This document shows, piece after piece, positions 19,160 through 28,525 of a stretch of DNA of 64,000 nt (position 1 is the stretch's first letter; the number at the start of each line of letters is the position of its first letter). This DNA is from Blastocatellia bacterium. Its GTDB lineage: Bacteria; Acidobacteriota; Blastocatellia; UBA7656. The notes under the pieces were generated by a model. It did no database searches. It was not told the origin of the DNA and saw only the letters and a list, made by a program, of their open reading frames with translations. The stretch spans positions 4,653,817 to 4,717,816 of the forward strand of contig CAVSKO010000002.1 of assembly GCA_963728545.1 (NCBI GenBank), in the 5' to 3' direction. The translations under genes and the position numbers were made by a program.

Positions 19160-20152
19160 TCACCTGACCCAGCAAAGCGTCCAATGGTCTTCCGCGACCT
19201 GATGATAAGGCGGAAACGCCTCGCGGCATTTGTCTATGGCCTCCGGGCAGCGGTCTGCAAACGGGCAGCGGTCTTTTGACAAACGCGCGAGGTCCGGCGG
19301 GAGGCCGGGTATTTGAAACAACTCTCCCTGCTCTCCGGTCGGGTCGGGCACCGACCGGAGCAGCGCCCGCGTGTAAGGGTTCTGCGGGTTGCTGAATAAC
19401 TCTCCGGTCGCCGCCGATTCAAATATGTGACCGGCGTACATCACGACGACGTGGTCGGTCATCCCGGCGACCAGCCCCAGATCGTGCGTGATCAGTATGA
19501 CTGACGTGCCGGTTTCCGCTTTGAGCTGTTTTATCAACTCAAGTATCTGGGCCTGTATCGTCACGTCGAGCGCGGTCGTAGGCTCGTCGGCTATCAAAAG
19601 CTTCGGCTTGCACGACAAAGCCATGGCGATCATCACGCGCTGGCGCATCCCGCCTGAAAACTGGTGAGGATATCCGTTGACCCTTGAGCGCGCATCGGGT
19701 ATGCCGACAAGCTCAAGCATCTTTACTGCGTGCTCGTAAGCCTGCTCTTTCGTGTAGCCGAGATGCAGCCGCGTCACTTCCATCAGCTGCGTAGAGATTT
19801 TCATAAAAGGGTTGAGCGAAGTCATCGGGTCTTGAAAGATCATGGCGATCTGGCCGCCTCGTATCGCGCGCAAATCGGATTCCGGCAGCTTCAACAAATC
19901 TCTGTTTTCAAAGATGACCTCGCCGCCCGCTATCTCGCCCGGCGGGCGCGGGACGAGTCGCACGATAGAGAGGTTCGTCACGCTCTTGCCCGAACCGCTC
20001 TCGCCGACTATCCCGAGCGTTTCGCCCCGTCTCAGATCAAAGCTCACGCCGTCGACCGCTTTCACCAGACCCTCTTCGGTTCGGAAGTAAGTCTTCAAGT
20101 CGCGAACCGACAGCAGCGTCTTATTCCCATTTCCGTTTCCGTTCGTTGACAT
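19160..20152 (-). CDS. peptide ABC transporter ATP-binding protein (OppD/DppD-type)
   Basis: [35 protein letters not shown], and C-terminal [14 protein letters not shown]. The ATG at 20152 ([11 protein letters not shown]) is preferred to the TTG at 20179. Confidence 0.9.
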   Translation of the reverse strand: MSTNGNGNGNKTLLSVRDLKTYFRTEEGLVKAVDGVSFDLRRGETLGIVGESGSGKSVTNLSIVRLVPRPPGEIAGGEVIFENRDLLKLPESDLRAIRGGQIAMIFQDPMTSLNPFMKISTQLMEVTRLHLGYTKEQAYEHAVKMLELVGIPDARSRVNGYPHQFSGGMRQRVMIAMALSCKPKLLIADEPTTALDVTIQAQILELIKQLKAETGTSVILITHDLGLVAGMTDHVVVMYAGHIFESAATGELFSNPQNPYTRALLRSVPDPTGEQGELFQIPGLPPDLARLSKDRCPFADRCPEAIDKCREAFPPYHQVAEDHWTLCWVR

Positions 20153-20188
20153 AGCTTTATAAAAGACGAGTGTTGGCAAGGGAGCATC

Positions 20189-20224
20189 TCTTTTTCATCC
20201 CTCATCCCTCATCCTTCATCCTTT
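20189..20224. repeat. solo arm of the heptamer element, copy B, inside the peptide ABC operon
   Basis: tctttttcatccctcatccctcatccttcatccttt. On the minus strand it begins 3 nt after the oppC-type stop (20228-20230). No complementary arm follows. Confidence 0.8.
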
Positions 20225-20227
20225 CTT

Positions 20228-21265
20228 TCACACCTTTCTCGTCTGCGGGTCGAGCGCGTCGCGCAATCCGTCGCCCAGAAAATTGAGGCTGAAAAGCGTC
20301 AGCGCCATCATCGCGCCGGGCGCAATCAACAGCAGCGGGTGGACTGCTATGGCCTGCGCGCCCTCGCTTGCGAGCACGCCCCACGAAGGCGTCGGCGGCT
20401 GCACGCCTAATCCCAAAAAGCTCAGGAAAGCTTCCTGCAAGATCACCGACGGGACGGTGAGCGTGGCGTAGACGATCACCGGGCCGAGCGTGTTCGGCAC
20501 AATGTGGCGAAAAATAATCTTGAGATTAGAGACGCCTATCGAGCGGGCCGCTTCGATGAACTGCTCGTTCTTGAGGCTCAGCACCTGGCCGCGAACTATG
20601 CGCGCCATCGTCAGCCACGAGACTGCGCCGAGCGCCGCGAAAAGCAGAAACAGGCTGCGCTCGAAAAGCGCAAGCAGTATCACGACCAGTATGATGTAAG
20701 GCAGCGAGTAGATGACATCCACTATCCTCATCATCACGTCGTCTGTGCGCCCGCCGAAATAACCCGCGACCGCGCCGTAAGTCACGCCTATGACGAGCGA
20801 CACCATAGTCGCTATGAGTCCCACGAGCAGGCTTACGCGGCTGCCGTAAAGCAGGCGCGCAAGCAGATCGCGCCCTAAAATATCTGTGCCTAACGGGTGC
20901 AGCCACGAAGGGTCGGCGAGCCTTATCAACAGGTCTTGCGTCTGGTAGGTGAAGCCGTTGTACTGGTAGACAAGCCACGGGCCTGCGAGCGCGAGCACTA
21001 AGACTAGAATTACTATGACGCCGCCCGCGACGGCGAGCCTGTTTCGCCGCAGCCGCCTCCACGCGTCTTGCCAAAGGCTCACGCCCTCGACCAACTCGGC
21101 CTGTTCAATGCGAACTGCGGGGAAGGCCGCGCCGAGGTCGCCGCCGACTATGCCTTCGGGGACCGCCACCACGTCCGCCGGCAAAGGCTCTCGGATTAAA
21201 TCTTTTGGTCTTCTCATACTGCTCCGCAAAAACTCTATTCGTACTTGATCCTCGGATCGATCCAC
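20228..21265 (-). CDS. peptide ABC transporter permease (OppC/DppC-type)
   Basis: 345 aa, six hydrophobic helices, BPD_transp_1 EAA-like region (EAARSIGVSNLKIIFRHIVPN). Confidence 0.9.
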   Translation of the reverse strand: MDRSEDQVRIEFLRSSMRRPKDLIREPLPADVVAVPEGIVGGDLGAAFPAVRIEQAELVEGVSLWQDAWRRLRRNRLAVAGGVIVILVLVLALAGPWLVYQYNGFTYQTQDLLIRLADPSWLHPLGTDILGRDLLARLLYGSRVSLLVGLIATMVSLVIGVTYGAVAGYFGGRTDDVMMRIVDVIYSLPYIILVVILLALFERSLFLLFAALGAVSWLTMARIVRGQVLSLKNEQFIEAARSIGVSNLKIIFRHIVPNTLGPVIVYATLTVPSVILQEAFLSFLGLGVQPPTPSWGVLASEGAQAIAVHPLLLIAPGAMMALTLFSLNFLGDGLRDALDPQTRKV

Positions 21266-22230
21266 GCGTAGGCGATGTTAACCAGAAGGTTAAAGATCAT
21301 CAGCGAAACGGCTACGAATGCCGTTATGCCCAGCAAAAGAAAGTGATCGCGGTTGTTCGCCGCGTCGATGAAGTAACGGCCCAGTCCCGGCACTGAAAAT
21401 ATCGTCTCTACTACAATCGTTCCGCTTATCAAAAAGGCGAGCGCGGGGCCGGTGAAACTGATTACGGGCAACAACCCGCCGCGCAAGGCATGGCCGAGCA
21501 CGACTCGCCGTTCCGACAGCCCCTTTGCCCGCGCCGTTCTTATGTAATCTTGACGCAGCGTTTCAAGCATGCCGCTTCTGGTCATTCGAGCGATGTAGGC
21601 TACGTAAAGCGCCGCGAGCGTCAACGCCGGAAGCATCAATGTCTTGAGCGTGGGGATGCGCAGGTAGCCCCACTCTACGACCCACTCCATACGCGCGGGC
21701 GGGAACCAGTACATAGTCAGGCTGAATATGATTACAAGCAGCGGCCCGAGCACAAAGTTAGGGATCGACACGCCCATCATCGCGCTGGACATCGTCGTGT
21801 AGTCGAGCAACGAGTTTGGCTTGAGCGATGAAAGCACGCCGGTAGTCAAACCGAGCGCGAGCGCGATCAAATAGGCCGTCAGCCCCAGGACTATCAATAC
21901 GGGCAGCGCTTCTATAATGATGTCGTTGACGCGGCGGTCGCGGTACTTTGTCGAGTCCCCGAAATCGGGATAAGGGTGCCACGAGTAGCTCGCCGACTGG
22001 GCGTCGTAAGTGAAGCCGAGCGTGCGCCCCATGAAGCGCGTGTACTGGGTCCAGCGCGACTGGTCGAAGCCATATTTCGCGTTGAGGTTCGCTTCTATTT
22101 CGGGCGGCAGCTTGCGCTCTTTGCTGAACGGCGAGCCGGGCGCGAGGCTCACCATGAAAAATGTTATCGTGAGCACGAGCATCACCAGCGGCACCATGAT
22201 CAATAATCTTCTGAGAGCAAATCTAAGCAT
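21235..22230 (-). CDS. peptide ABC transporter permease (OppB/DppB-type)
   Basis: 331 aa with typical MLRFALRRLLIMVP start and YIRTARAKGLSERRVVLGHALR EAA loop. The 3' end overlaps the next gene. Confidence 0.9.
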   Translation of the reverse strand: MLRFALRRLLIMVPLVMLVLTITFFMVSLAPGSPFSKERKLPPEIEANLNAKYGFDQSRWTQYTRFMGRTLGFTYDAQSASYSWHPYPDFGDSTKYRDRRVNDIIIEALPVLIVLGLTAYLIALALGLTTGVLSSLKPNSLLDYTTMSSAMMGVSIPNFVLGPLLVIIFSLTMYWFPPARMEWVVEWGYLRIPTLKTLMLPALTLAALYVAYIARMTRSGMLETLRQDYIRTARAKGLSERRVVLGHALRGGLLPVISFTGPALAFLISGTIVVETIFSVPGLGRYFIDAANNRDHFLLLGITAFVAVSLMIFNLLVNIAYAWIDPRIKYE

Positions 22231-22234
22231 CCGG

Positions 22235-24190
22235 TTACCTCGCTGCTATCGGCTCTGACCCCGGCGTCCAGTTCGTGTCGATCCAGATGTATTTGAACGG
22301 GTGCTGGTCGAGTATGTTGGGCACAGTCCCGCGCACGTAAGGCTTTTTCAGGCTGAACCAGGTGTATATGTAAAGCGGCACAAAGGGCATGCTTTCGAGC
22401 AAATAGGTTTCGCACTCGGCGAGCCTCTTCATGCGAAGCGCGGGATCTGTAGTGGAGTTCGCGGCCTTGAGCATCGCGTCGTATTTCGTATCGGTCCACC
22501 CGCTGCCGTTGTTGACAGAGCCCGTGACGAACATATCCAGAAACGTGTTCGCGTCTACGTAGTCGCCGTTCCAGGCGCGGCGCGCGACCCCGTTGTAGTG
22601 CAGGTTGTCGAGCGTTTCGAGATAGACTTTCCACTCCTGGTTCACAAGGCTGACGTTGACGTTCAGCTCGCGCCGCCACTGCTGCTGTACTACTTCGGCG
22701 ATCAGCTTGTGCGCTTCGAGGGTGTTGAAGAGTATCTCTACCTCTAAGCGGCGGCCATCGCGCCCCACCCCGTTCGGCCAGCCTGCTCGCGCCAGCAGCT
22801 CGCGCGCCGCTTCGGGGTTGTAAGAGAGCACGTCATAGTTTTTGCCGCCTATCTCCACGTTCAGGCTTTTCGGCGTGTCGTAGCCTTCCATCGGCGGCAC
22901 GAGGTTGAGCGCGGGCAGCTGGCCCGCTCCCATAAAGTCGGTAATCGCTCTCTTATCCGTCGCCATGTTGAGTGCGTAGCGGAGTATCACGTTGTCGAAA
23001 GGCGGCTTCTTCGTGTTTATCAGATAGAAGTAGCTCGTGAACGCGGGCGTGATATGAAAATCGGCTTTTTCGCGCAACACCTGTATGAACGGCTGCGGAA
23101 CGGCATTGGCCGACATCGCGTCTGCCGCGCCTGCTTTGTAGATATTTGCGCTCGTCGTGTTGTCGTTGATCGGCAGAATCGTCAACTCTTCGAGCGCCAC
23201 CAGATCGGCTTCGTAGTAGTAAGGATTCTTCTCAAGCACGATCTTGTCGTAAGGCCGCCACTCGCTCATTGTGAACGCGCCGCTCGTGACTATGTGGCCG
23301 GGCTGTGTCCAGTCTGATTCGAGTCCCCGGTCGCGCGCCGCTTCGATTGCTTGTCGCGGGACGGGGTAAAAGATGTGATGCGATTGCATCTTTACAAAAA
23401 ACGCGGTCGGCGCGCGCATGTCGATCTGGAACGTGAAATCGTCAACCGCGCGCACGGCCAGGTCTTCGGGCCTGAATTTGATCACATCGGACGCGGCGGC
23501 AAGCCGGGCGAATTTCTGATCCTCTTTAATCTCCTTTTCGGTCGCGGCGATCTCTTCGCCGGTCGCAGGGTCAGTGCGGAAGCGGGCGGTAGCCGGGTCG
23601 CGAAAGCGGACCTTGCCGGAGTTGATCTCTTCGGCGTTCTTGACGTAGTAGAGCAGGCTCGCGTAATCGGCTATCGTCTGAGGATCGACTACTCGACGCC
23701 AGGAGTAGACAAAGTCGTTCGCCGTGATAACAGTCCCGTCGCTCCACCTGGCGGGGAGATGATCGGGCGGGGCGGAGTGTCCGCGCGAAAAATCCTCTTC
23801 CAGGTGTCCGGCTTCGTATTCCTGCCTCAGCGTATCCGTGTTTGGCAATTTTATTCCGCGCGGCGAAGGGTGGCCTCGCAGGTAAAAAGTGAATTGAGTG
23901 TTATTCGCATTCGTCTCGTAGTGCGTGGCAAGCGCCGCCACTGGGTCGAGCGTCTTCGGGTGATATTTAGTCAGCCCCTCAAAAAGCGCATCCTGAATAT
24001 GGCTTTCGGGAACGCCCGTCGATTTCGCCGGGTCGATCGTTTCCGGCTCGGCTGCGTTTTGATATACAAGCCGCTCGCGGTCGGGCGGCGATGTCTTGCC
24101 GAAATACTGGCCCCCGCCCATAGAACAGGCCGTTAAAAAGATTGCGCCCGCCAATAAAAGCGCGAGCGCGGCCCTTTGTCTAAGTCTCAT
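22235..24190 (-). CDS. family-5 peptide/nickel ABC substrate-binding lipoprotein
   Basis: 651 aa with lipobox LLAGAIFLTAC and family-5 SBP length and pattern. It is the first gene of the five-gene operon. Confidence 0.85.
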   Translation of the reverse strand: MRLRQRAALALLLAGAIFLTACSMGGGQYFGKTSPPDRERLVYQNAAEPETIDPAKSTGVPESHIQDALFEGLTKYHPKTLDPVAALATHYETNANNTQFTFYLRGHPSPRGIKLPNTDTLRQEYEAGHLEEDFSRGHSAPPDHLPARWSDGTVITANDFVYSWRRVVDPQTIADYASLLYYVKNAEEINSGKVRFRDPATARFRTDPATGEEIAATEKEIKEDQKFARLAAASDVIKFRPEDLAVRAVDDFTFQIDMRAPTAFFVKMQSHHIFYPVPRQAIEAARDRGLESDWTQPGHIVTSGAFTMSEWRPYDKIVLEKNPYYYEADLVALEELTILPINDNTTSANIYKAGAADAMSANAVPQPFIQVLREKADFHITPAFTSYFYLINTKKPPFDNVILRYALNMATDKRAITDFMGAGQLPALNLVPPMEGYDTPKSLNVEIGGKNYDVLSYNPEAARELLARAGWPNGVGRDGRRLEVEILFNTLEAHKLIAEVVQQQWRRELNVNVSLVNQEWKVYLETLDNLHYNGVARRAWNGDYVDANTFLDMFVTGSVNNGSGWTDTKYDAMLKAANSTTDPALRMKRLAECETYLLESMPFVPLYIYTWFSLKKPYVRGTVPNILDQHPFKYIWIDTNWTPGSEPIAAR

Positions 24191-24632
24191 TCAACGCTCC
24201 ATAGTGTAAATTACTTCACACAAGAAAACTGCTCGCTTCGAGCGTTCGTCGGCTAAATGTATTTGAGAGTACTGCGAATTCTGGTAGATGAATAATTAAG
24301 GCAATCCGCAAGCCGTTATCGGCTCCCGAATAATATTGATGAAATCGGTCTGCGATATGTTGGCCGCCGGAGGGCAGGCCTTTGTCAGCCGATTCAAATT
24401 GCGACCCGAAATCAGCCCGCCCGTGCGCCCCCGTCACACAGCTAAGTCCTTTACCTTCTTGATTTTGACGTGCAAGAAAATTACAACACACAAAGCCGGC
24501 CCGCTGTGTTAAGATAGAATCAGTTTGGCAGGGGAAAAATAAAAATAAGATTGCACGTACAACTTCCTCATCTTTTGCCAAATCATAGTGCCGGACGTTT
24601 TTGATAGATCCAGGGAAAGAAAGATTTTAAGG

Positions 24633-25250
24633 ATGAAAGGTATGGCTCGCCAAAACATGAAAAGAATTCCTTCCTCTCTGCTAGCGTTAACGTTCATTCT
24701 CGCAATCGCCGCTGCGGCAAGCGCACAAACCGCGCAATCGGACAAGCTTTCAACTATAAAGATAAAAAACTTCGGCCAGATGGACGAGCGATTTTATCGC
24801 GGCGCGCAGCCGAAGCAAGAAGATTACAAAGCCCTCGCGGCGGTCGGCGTTCAAACAATTATCGATCTTCGCAACGACCCGCAGGATTATGCCAAAGAGG
24901 CAGCCGAAGCTGCCGGGCTGAAATACATCAACATCCCTATGAGCGACAAGAAGCGCCCGCAGGATGACCAGATTGAAAAATTCTTGAGCATCATCAACGA
25001 TCCTTCGACGGGTGTCTTTTATGCTCATTGCGCAGGCGGGCGTCACCGGACAGGCGTGATGGGAGCCGTTTACCGATATAATCTCTATCAGTGGAATTAT
25101 GATCAGGTCTATAAAGAGATGAAGCAGTTTGATTATTACTCTCGCTGGGGACATGGCGCGCTGAAAGATTATGTGCAAGAGTACTACGACCGGTTACAGA
25201 CCAAGAGCATCGAAGCGACTTCGGGCGAATCATCCTCCTCCAACAAATAG
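24633..25250 (+). CDS. exported Cys-based (CX5R) protein phosphatase, atypical DSP / Siw14-like family
   Basis: Signal peptide SSLLALTFILAIAAAASAQ. P-loop HCAGGRHRTG. FYRGAQP ... IIDLR region typical of PFA-DSP-like phosphatases. Confidence 0.75.
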   Translation: MKGMARQNMKRIPSSLLALTFILAIAAAASAQTAQSDKLSTIKIKNFGQMDERFYRGAQPKQEDYKALAAVGVQTIIDLRNDPQDYAKEAAEAAGLKYINIPMSDKKRPQDDQIEKFLSIINDPSTGVFYAHCAGGRHRTGVMGAVYRYNLYQWNYDQVYKEMKQFDYYSRWGHGALKDYVQEYYDRLQTKSIEATSGESSSSNK

Positions 25251-25270
25251 CATAGCTCTCCTTTCAGCGA

Positions 25271-25310
25271 ATAAAGGCTGACTCCTTCGGGGTCAGCCTT
25301 TATTGTTTTC
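25271..25310. terminator. rho-independent terminator (usable from both strands)
   Basis: ataaaggctgac tccttcgg gtcagcctttat, followed by tgtttt. It lies between convergent ORFs ending at 25250 (+) and 25336 (-). Confidence 0.8.
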
Positions 25311-25335
25311 AGGGCTAAATCAGATTTGTAAGAAA

Positions 25336-25584
25336 TTACACCAGGCGAGTAGGCTCGTTTGGCTTGGGGTCGCCTATAGGCGGCGGATCAGGCTGATCGT
25401 CGGTCTTCCCTGGTTGATCTGGCGGTTCTTCTATAGGTGGTTCGGGCGGCTGATCCGGCGGCACGGGTTGAGGATCATCAGGGCTAGAGCCTGGCAGTAT
25501 ATCGACATCAGGGTTTTCGACGTCAGTGTTTCGCCCGCCTCCAGCATCAGGGTCTTCAATGCTCGGGTTGTTTCTGCTCATCAA
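25336..25584 (-). CDS. small acidic proline-rich protein (possible)
   Basis: 82 aa, PDDPQPVPPDQPPEPPIEEPPDQPGKTDDQPDPPPIGDPKPNEP. Low complexity with no recognisable domain. It ends just before the bidirectional terminator. The antisense 119-aa ORF looks less protein-like. Confidence 0.35.
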   Translation of the reverse strand: MMSRNNPSIEDPDAGGGRNTDVENPDVDILPGSSPDDPQPVPPDQPPEPPIEEPPDQPGKTDDQPDPPPIGDPKPNEPTRLV

Positions 25585-25708
25585 TTTCTTCGTCTCTTTT
25601 TTTCGGTCTGCATTTGTCTAGGGGCGAGCCCGAGGCCCGCCCCTAAACCGGGTTGTGAGTAATTGCGGCTCGACGTAAAGCCCGCTCCAATTTACTTGGC
25701 TTGCTCTC

Positions 25709-26197
25709 TTACTTGACTCGCTCTGCGCCGGCCGCGTCAAGAATCTTGCGCGCCTGATCGGCGCGGTCGTCGTGAGTGTATACGCCTACGAGTATCCCGC
25801 CCTTTTCAATCTCTTCGTTGTAAAACTTCGCTTCGTGCTCGGGGATTCCAAGGCCGATCAGAGCGCCTGTCAGCCCTCCTGCTGCCGCGCCTGCGCCCAG
25901 TCCCGCGAGCGCCGCCACTATCGGGCCTGCCGCAACGAGTCCCAGCCCCGGCACTGCGATAATTCCCAGCGCGACCAGCCCTGCCGCTACTGCTCCAATC
26001 ACGCCTCCGATAGTTGCTCCCGTAGCCGCGCCCTCCGGCGCTTTGGTAGCCATCGCAAGCCCGAACTCGCGCCCGCGAGTCGCATCAGACATAAGCAAGC
26101 TTATGTCATCGCGCGCCCATCCATAATGAACCAGGTCTTCGACTCCGCGCTCAGCATCCGCGCGGTTGCTGAATAAACCCGATACCAACGTTGCCAT
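25709..26197 (-). CDS. general-stress-protein-like (YflT/GSP17M-type N-domain) with Gly/Ala-rich membrane segment
   Basis: MATLVSGLFSNRADAERGVEDLVHYGW ... GILVGVYTHDDRADQARKILDAAGA. Central GAVAAGLVALGIIAVPGLGLVAAGPIVAALAGLGAGAAAGG. ATG at 26197 within the track ORF. Confidence 0.6.
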   Translation of the reverse strand: MATLVSGLFSNRADAERGVEDLVHYGWARDDISLLMSDATRGREFGLAMATKAPEGAATGATIGGVIGAVAAGLVALGIIAVPGLGLVAAGPIVAALAGLGAGAAAGGLTGALIGLGIPEHEAKFYNEEIEKGGILVGVYTHDDRADQARKILDAAGAERVK

Positions 26198-26362
26198 ATA
26201 CTCTTCCTCCTTGACGAAACTATTATGCTTCCGCTCCATGTCGTTAGAGCAACGGTGATGCCAGATAAGAGTTTAAGACCTGACAATAAATAGAAAGCGA
26301 TGAGACAGACCTCGCCCGTCTTTTTTCAATACAACGCGGCCGGCTTTTGTATCGAATCCTTC

Positions 26363-27304
26363 CTAGGGCTGAGAAAGAGTTACTAGCTCATTTATTCGCT
26401 CCTGGAAAGCTTCTGAAAGCATCTGAACATCTTCCGGGCTATAGTTGGCCGCGCGGAATGCGTCTTTGATCTGCCCGGCGCTCAACCGTGAAAGCCAGCT
26501 TCCCATCCAGCGGGCTTCATTGATGGTGATGTTGCGAAAGACGCTTTTGCGTTTGCCGCTGTAGTGGAAATCGACATACTTGCCTTTAAGCTCGTCGATG
26601 AACTCGGCCTCAACATAATCTTCCGGCTTGTTGCGACTGCGGGTCAGGAAACTCCCGGTCTTGCCGAACGTCGCGCCGAGGTCGCTGATGATGTAACGCA
26701 ACTCGTTTTTGCCGGTGCGCGGGTCGCGCGCAAACAGCACTCTGTTATTCGAATCCTTGATGTCCCAGTTGTTGATTAAGACCATCATCACTTTCAACCC
26801 TTGAAACGGGCGCGTGCCGACAAAAGGGTTGGCATCCCATTCCCATTCGCCGACGCGCTTGACGCCCGAAGGCCGGGCCTCGAACCGGACATTTTCAAAC
26901 GTGCCTTTACCTTGAATGTGGACGCGCGGGACCAGGTATGAAATCTCCGTGTGATAGCCGACTGCCCACAACAGGCGATTGGCTGAGGTGTCGGTTTGAG
27001 CCTCTTTGCCAAGCTTGGCCACCCACACGCGGCCCCGGCCATCGCGCACACGATACTTGGTCGAATAACCGCCCTTCTCTTCCTCGATGAAAGTAACGCG
27101 CCTCAAATCGGGCATCATCCCTTTGCCGCCGGGACCGTAGTAAAGGTTCCGCGTCGCAATGTCTGCGGGCTCCACCCACATCTCCGGCGTGCCTTTGTAA
27201 GACTGTTTTTTCTTGTCGGAATCTTTGGCCGAAATTTGACCGGCCGCGAGAAAAAGTATGATCGAGACGCTGACGAGGCTGCGGACTTTATTTCCCAGAG
27301 GCAT
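26363..27304 (-). CDS. exported protein-kinase-like-fold protein, paralogue 1
   Basis: Signal peptide. Motif order GGYSTKYRV (Gly-rich loop-like), WVAKLGKE (VAxK), NNWDIKDSNN (DxKxxN catalytic-loop-like), ISDLG (DFG-like). About two-thirds identical to the neighbouring ORF. Confidence 0.6.
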   Translation of the reverse strand: MPLGNKVRSLVSVSIILFLAAGQISAKDSDKKKQSYKGTPEMWVEPADIATRNLYYGPGGKGMMPDLRRVTFIEEEKGGYSTKYRVRDGRGRVWVAKLGKEAQTDTSANRLLWAVGYHTEISYLVPRVHIQGKGTFENVRFEARPSGVKRVGEWEWDANPFVGTRPFQGLKVMMVLINNWDIKDSNNRVLFARDPRTGKNELRYIISDLGATFGKTGSFLTRSRNKPEDYVEAEFIDELKGKYVDFHYSGKRKSVFRNITINEARWMGSWLSRLSAGQIKDAFRAANYSPEDVQMLSEAFQERINELVTLSQP

Positions 27305-27375
27305 AGCTTCTCTCCCCCAATTGATCTTTACGCCACTAGCGCCACACTGTGCTGCAAATAATCTAACTTTCCTTA

Positions 27376-28329
27376 TTATTTAAGAGCTGCCAGCGCGTTT
27401 ATTCGCGCCCTCACCGCGATTGTGTACGCCTGTATCTCTTCAGGCGTGTAATTAGCGGCGCGAAACGCATCCGAGATCTGTTGATCGGTCAATCGCGAAA
27501 GTCGTTCTCCGACCCAGCGGGCTTGTTCGACGGTTATGCCTTTGAACAGATCGCCACGTTTGCCGCCGTAATTAAAATTTATGACGCCGTTTTTGACTTC
27601 CTTGATAAACTCGGACTTCGCGAAGTCTTCGGGCTTGTTGCGGCTGCGCGATATGAAACTGCCCGTCTTGCCGAGCGAGCCGCCGAGGTCGCTGATGATG
27701 TAACGCGACTCTTCTTTGCCCGTCTGGCCGTCGCGCACATAGAGAATCTCGTTGTTCACGTCCTTGATGTCCCAGTTGTTTATAAAAACCATCATGACTT
27801 TCAGCCCGTGAAATTCGGGTGAGTTTTTGAAAGGGTTTTCATCCCAGCTCCAATCGCCTGTCCGCTCAACATCGTCGGGCCGGGCCTCAAACCTGACGTT
27901 CGAGAGTGTCCCTTTGCCCGGAATCGTAGCGCTGGGGACGAGGTAAGCAACCTCCGTGTGATAGCCGATAGCCCAGAGCAAACGGTTGGCAGCCGTATCC
28001 GATTGCGCCTCTTTGCCGATCTTGGCGACCCAGGTGCGGCCCTGCCCGTCGCGCACGCGATACTTGGTTGAATACCCTTCCGTCTGGTCTCTGATAAATG
28101 TGATGTTGTTCAGGTCGGGCTTCATCGCTTCGCCGCCCGGCCCCAGGTACAGATCGCGCGTTGCTATATTCTCTGGCTCTACCCACATAACGGGCGTGCC
28201 TGTGGGCTGCTTTTTCTTGTCTTTCTTTTCGTCAGTGAGAGCAAATGTCAAAAAAGAGAATGTTGAAAGCGCCAGAACAAAAATGAGCGAAATATTTAAC
28301 GCGGCGCAGACTCTTTTTTTCGATGGCAT
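27376..28329 (-). CDS. exported protein-kinase-like-fold protein, paralogue 2
   Basis: Same motif series as paralogue 1: EGYSTKYRV, WVAKIGKE, NNWDIKDVNN, ISDLG. N-terminal hydrophobic signal/anchor. Confidence 0.6.
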   Translation of the reverse strand: MPSKKRVCAALNISLIFVLALSTFSFLTFALTDEKKDKKKQPTGTPVMWVEPENIATRDLYLGPGGEAMKPDLNNITFIRDQTEGYSTKYRVRDGQGRTWVAKIGKEAQSDTAANRLLWAIGYHTEVAYLVPSATIPGKGTLSNVRFEARPDDVERTGDWSWDENPFKNSPEFHGLKVMMVFINNWDIKDVNNEILYVRDGQTGKEESRYIISDLGGSLGKTGSFISRSRNKPEDFAKSEFIKEVKNGVINFNYGGKRGDLFKGITVEQARWVGERLSRLTDQQISDAFRAANYTPEEIQAYTIAVRARINALAALK

Positions 28330-28525
28330 GATTTGAATCCTCCAGAAAGTTGATTCGGTTCGTCCGGTACGCGCCTACATTTGACGAGACGCTGTTAGGC
28401 ACAACAAATCCCGTTCCAGATCGGATTCAGATTAAAAGGAGTATATACAACGATTAGCTATCAAGCCGAGGCAAAACGGCTGTCTGGCTAGCGTACATTT
28501 GTCTCAATCTTCAATTTACTTTGTT

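Noticed and set aside
24191-24632. 440-bp divergent intergenic region between the peptide-binding protein gene and the phosphatase gene, including ORFs 24216..24581 and 24509..24745
   Set aside because: The ORFs lack an RBS and have implausible sequences. There is no repeat or structured element beyond weak 4-bp stems. Treated as a promoter region.
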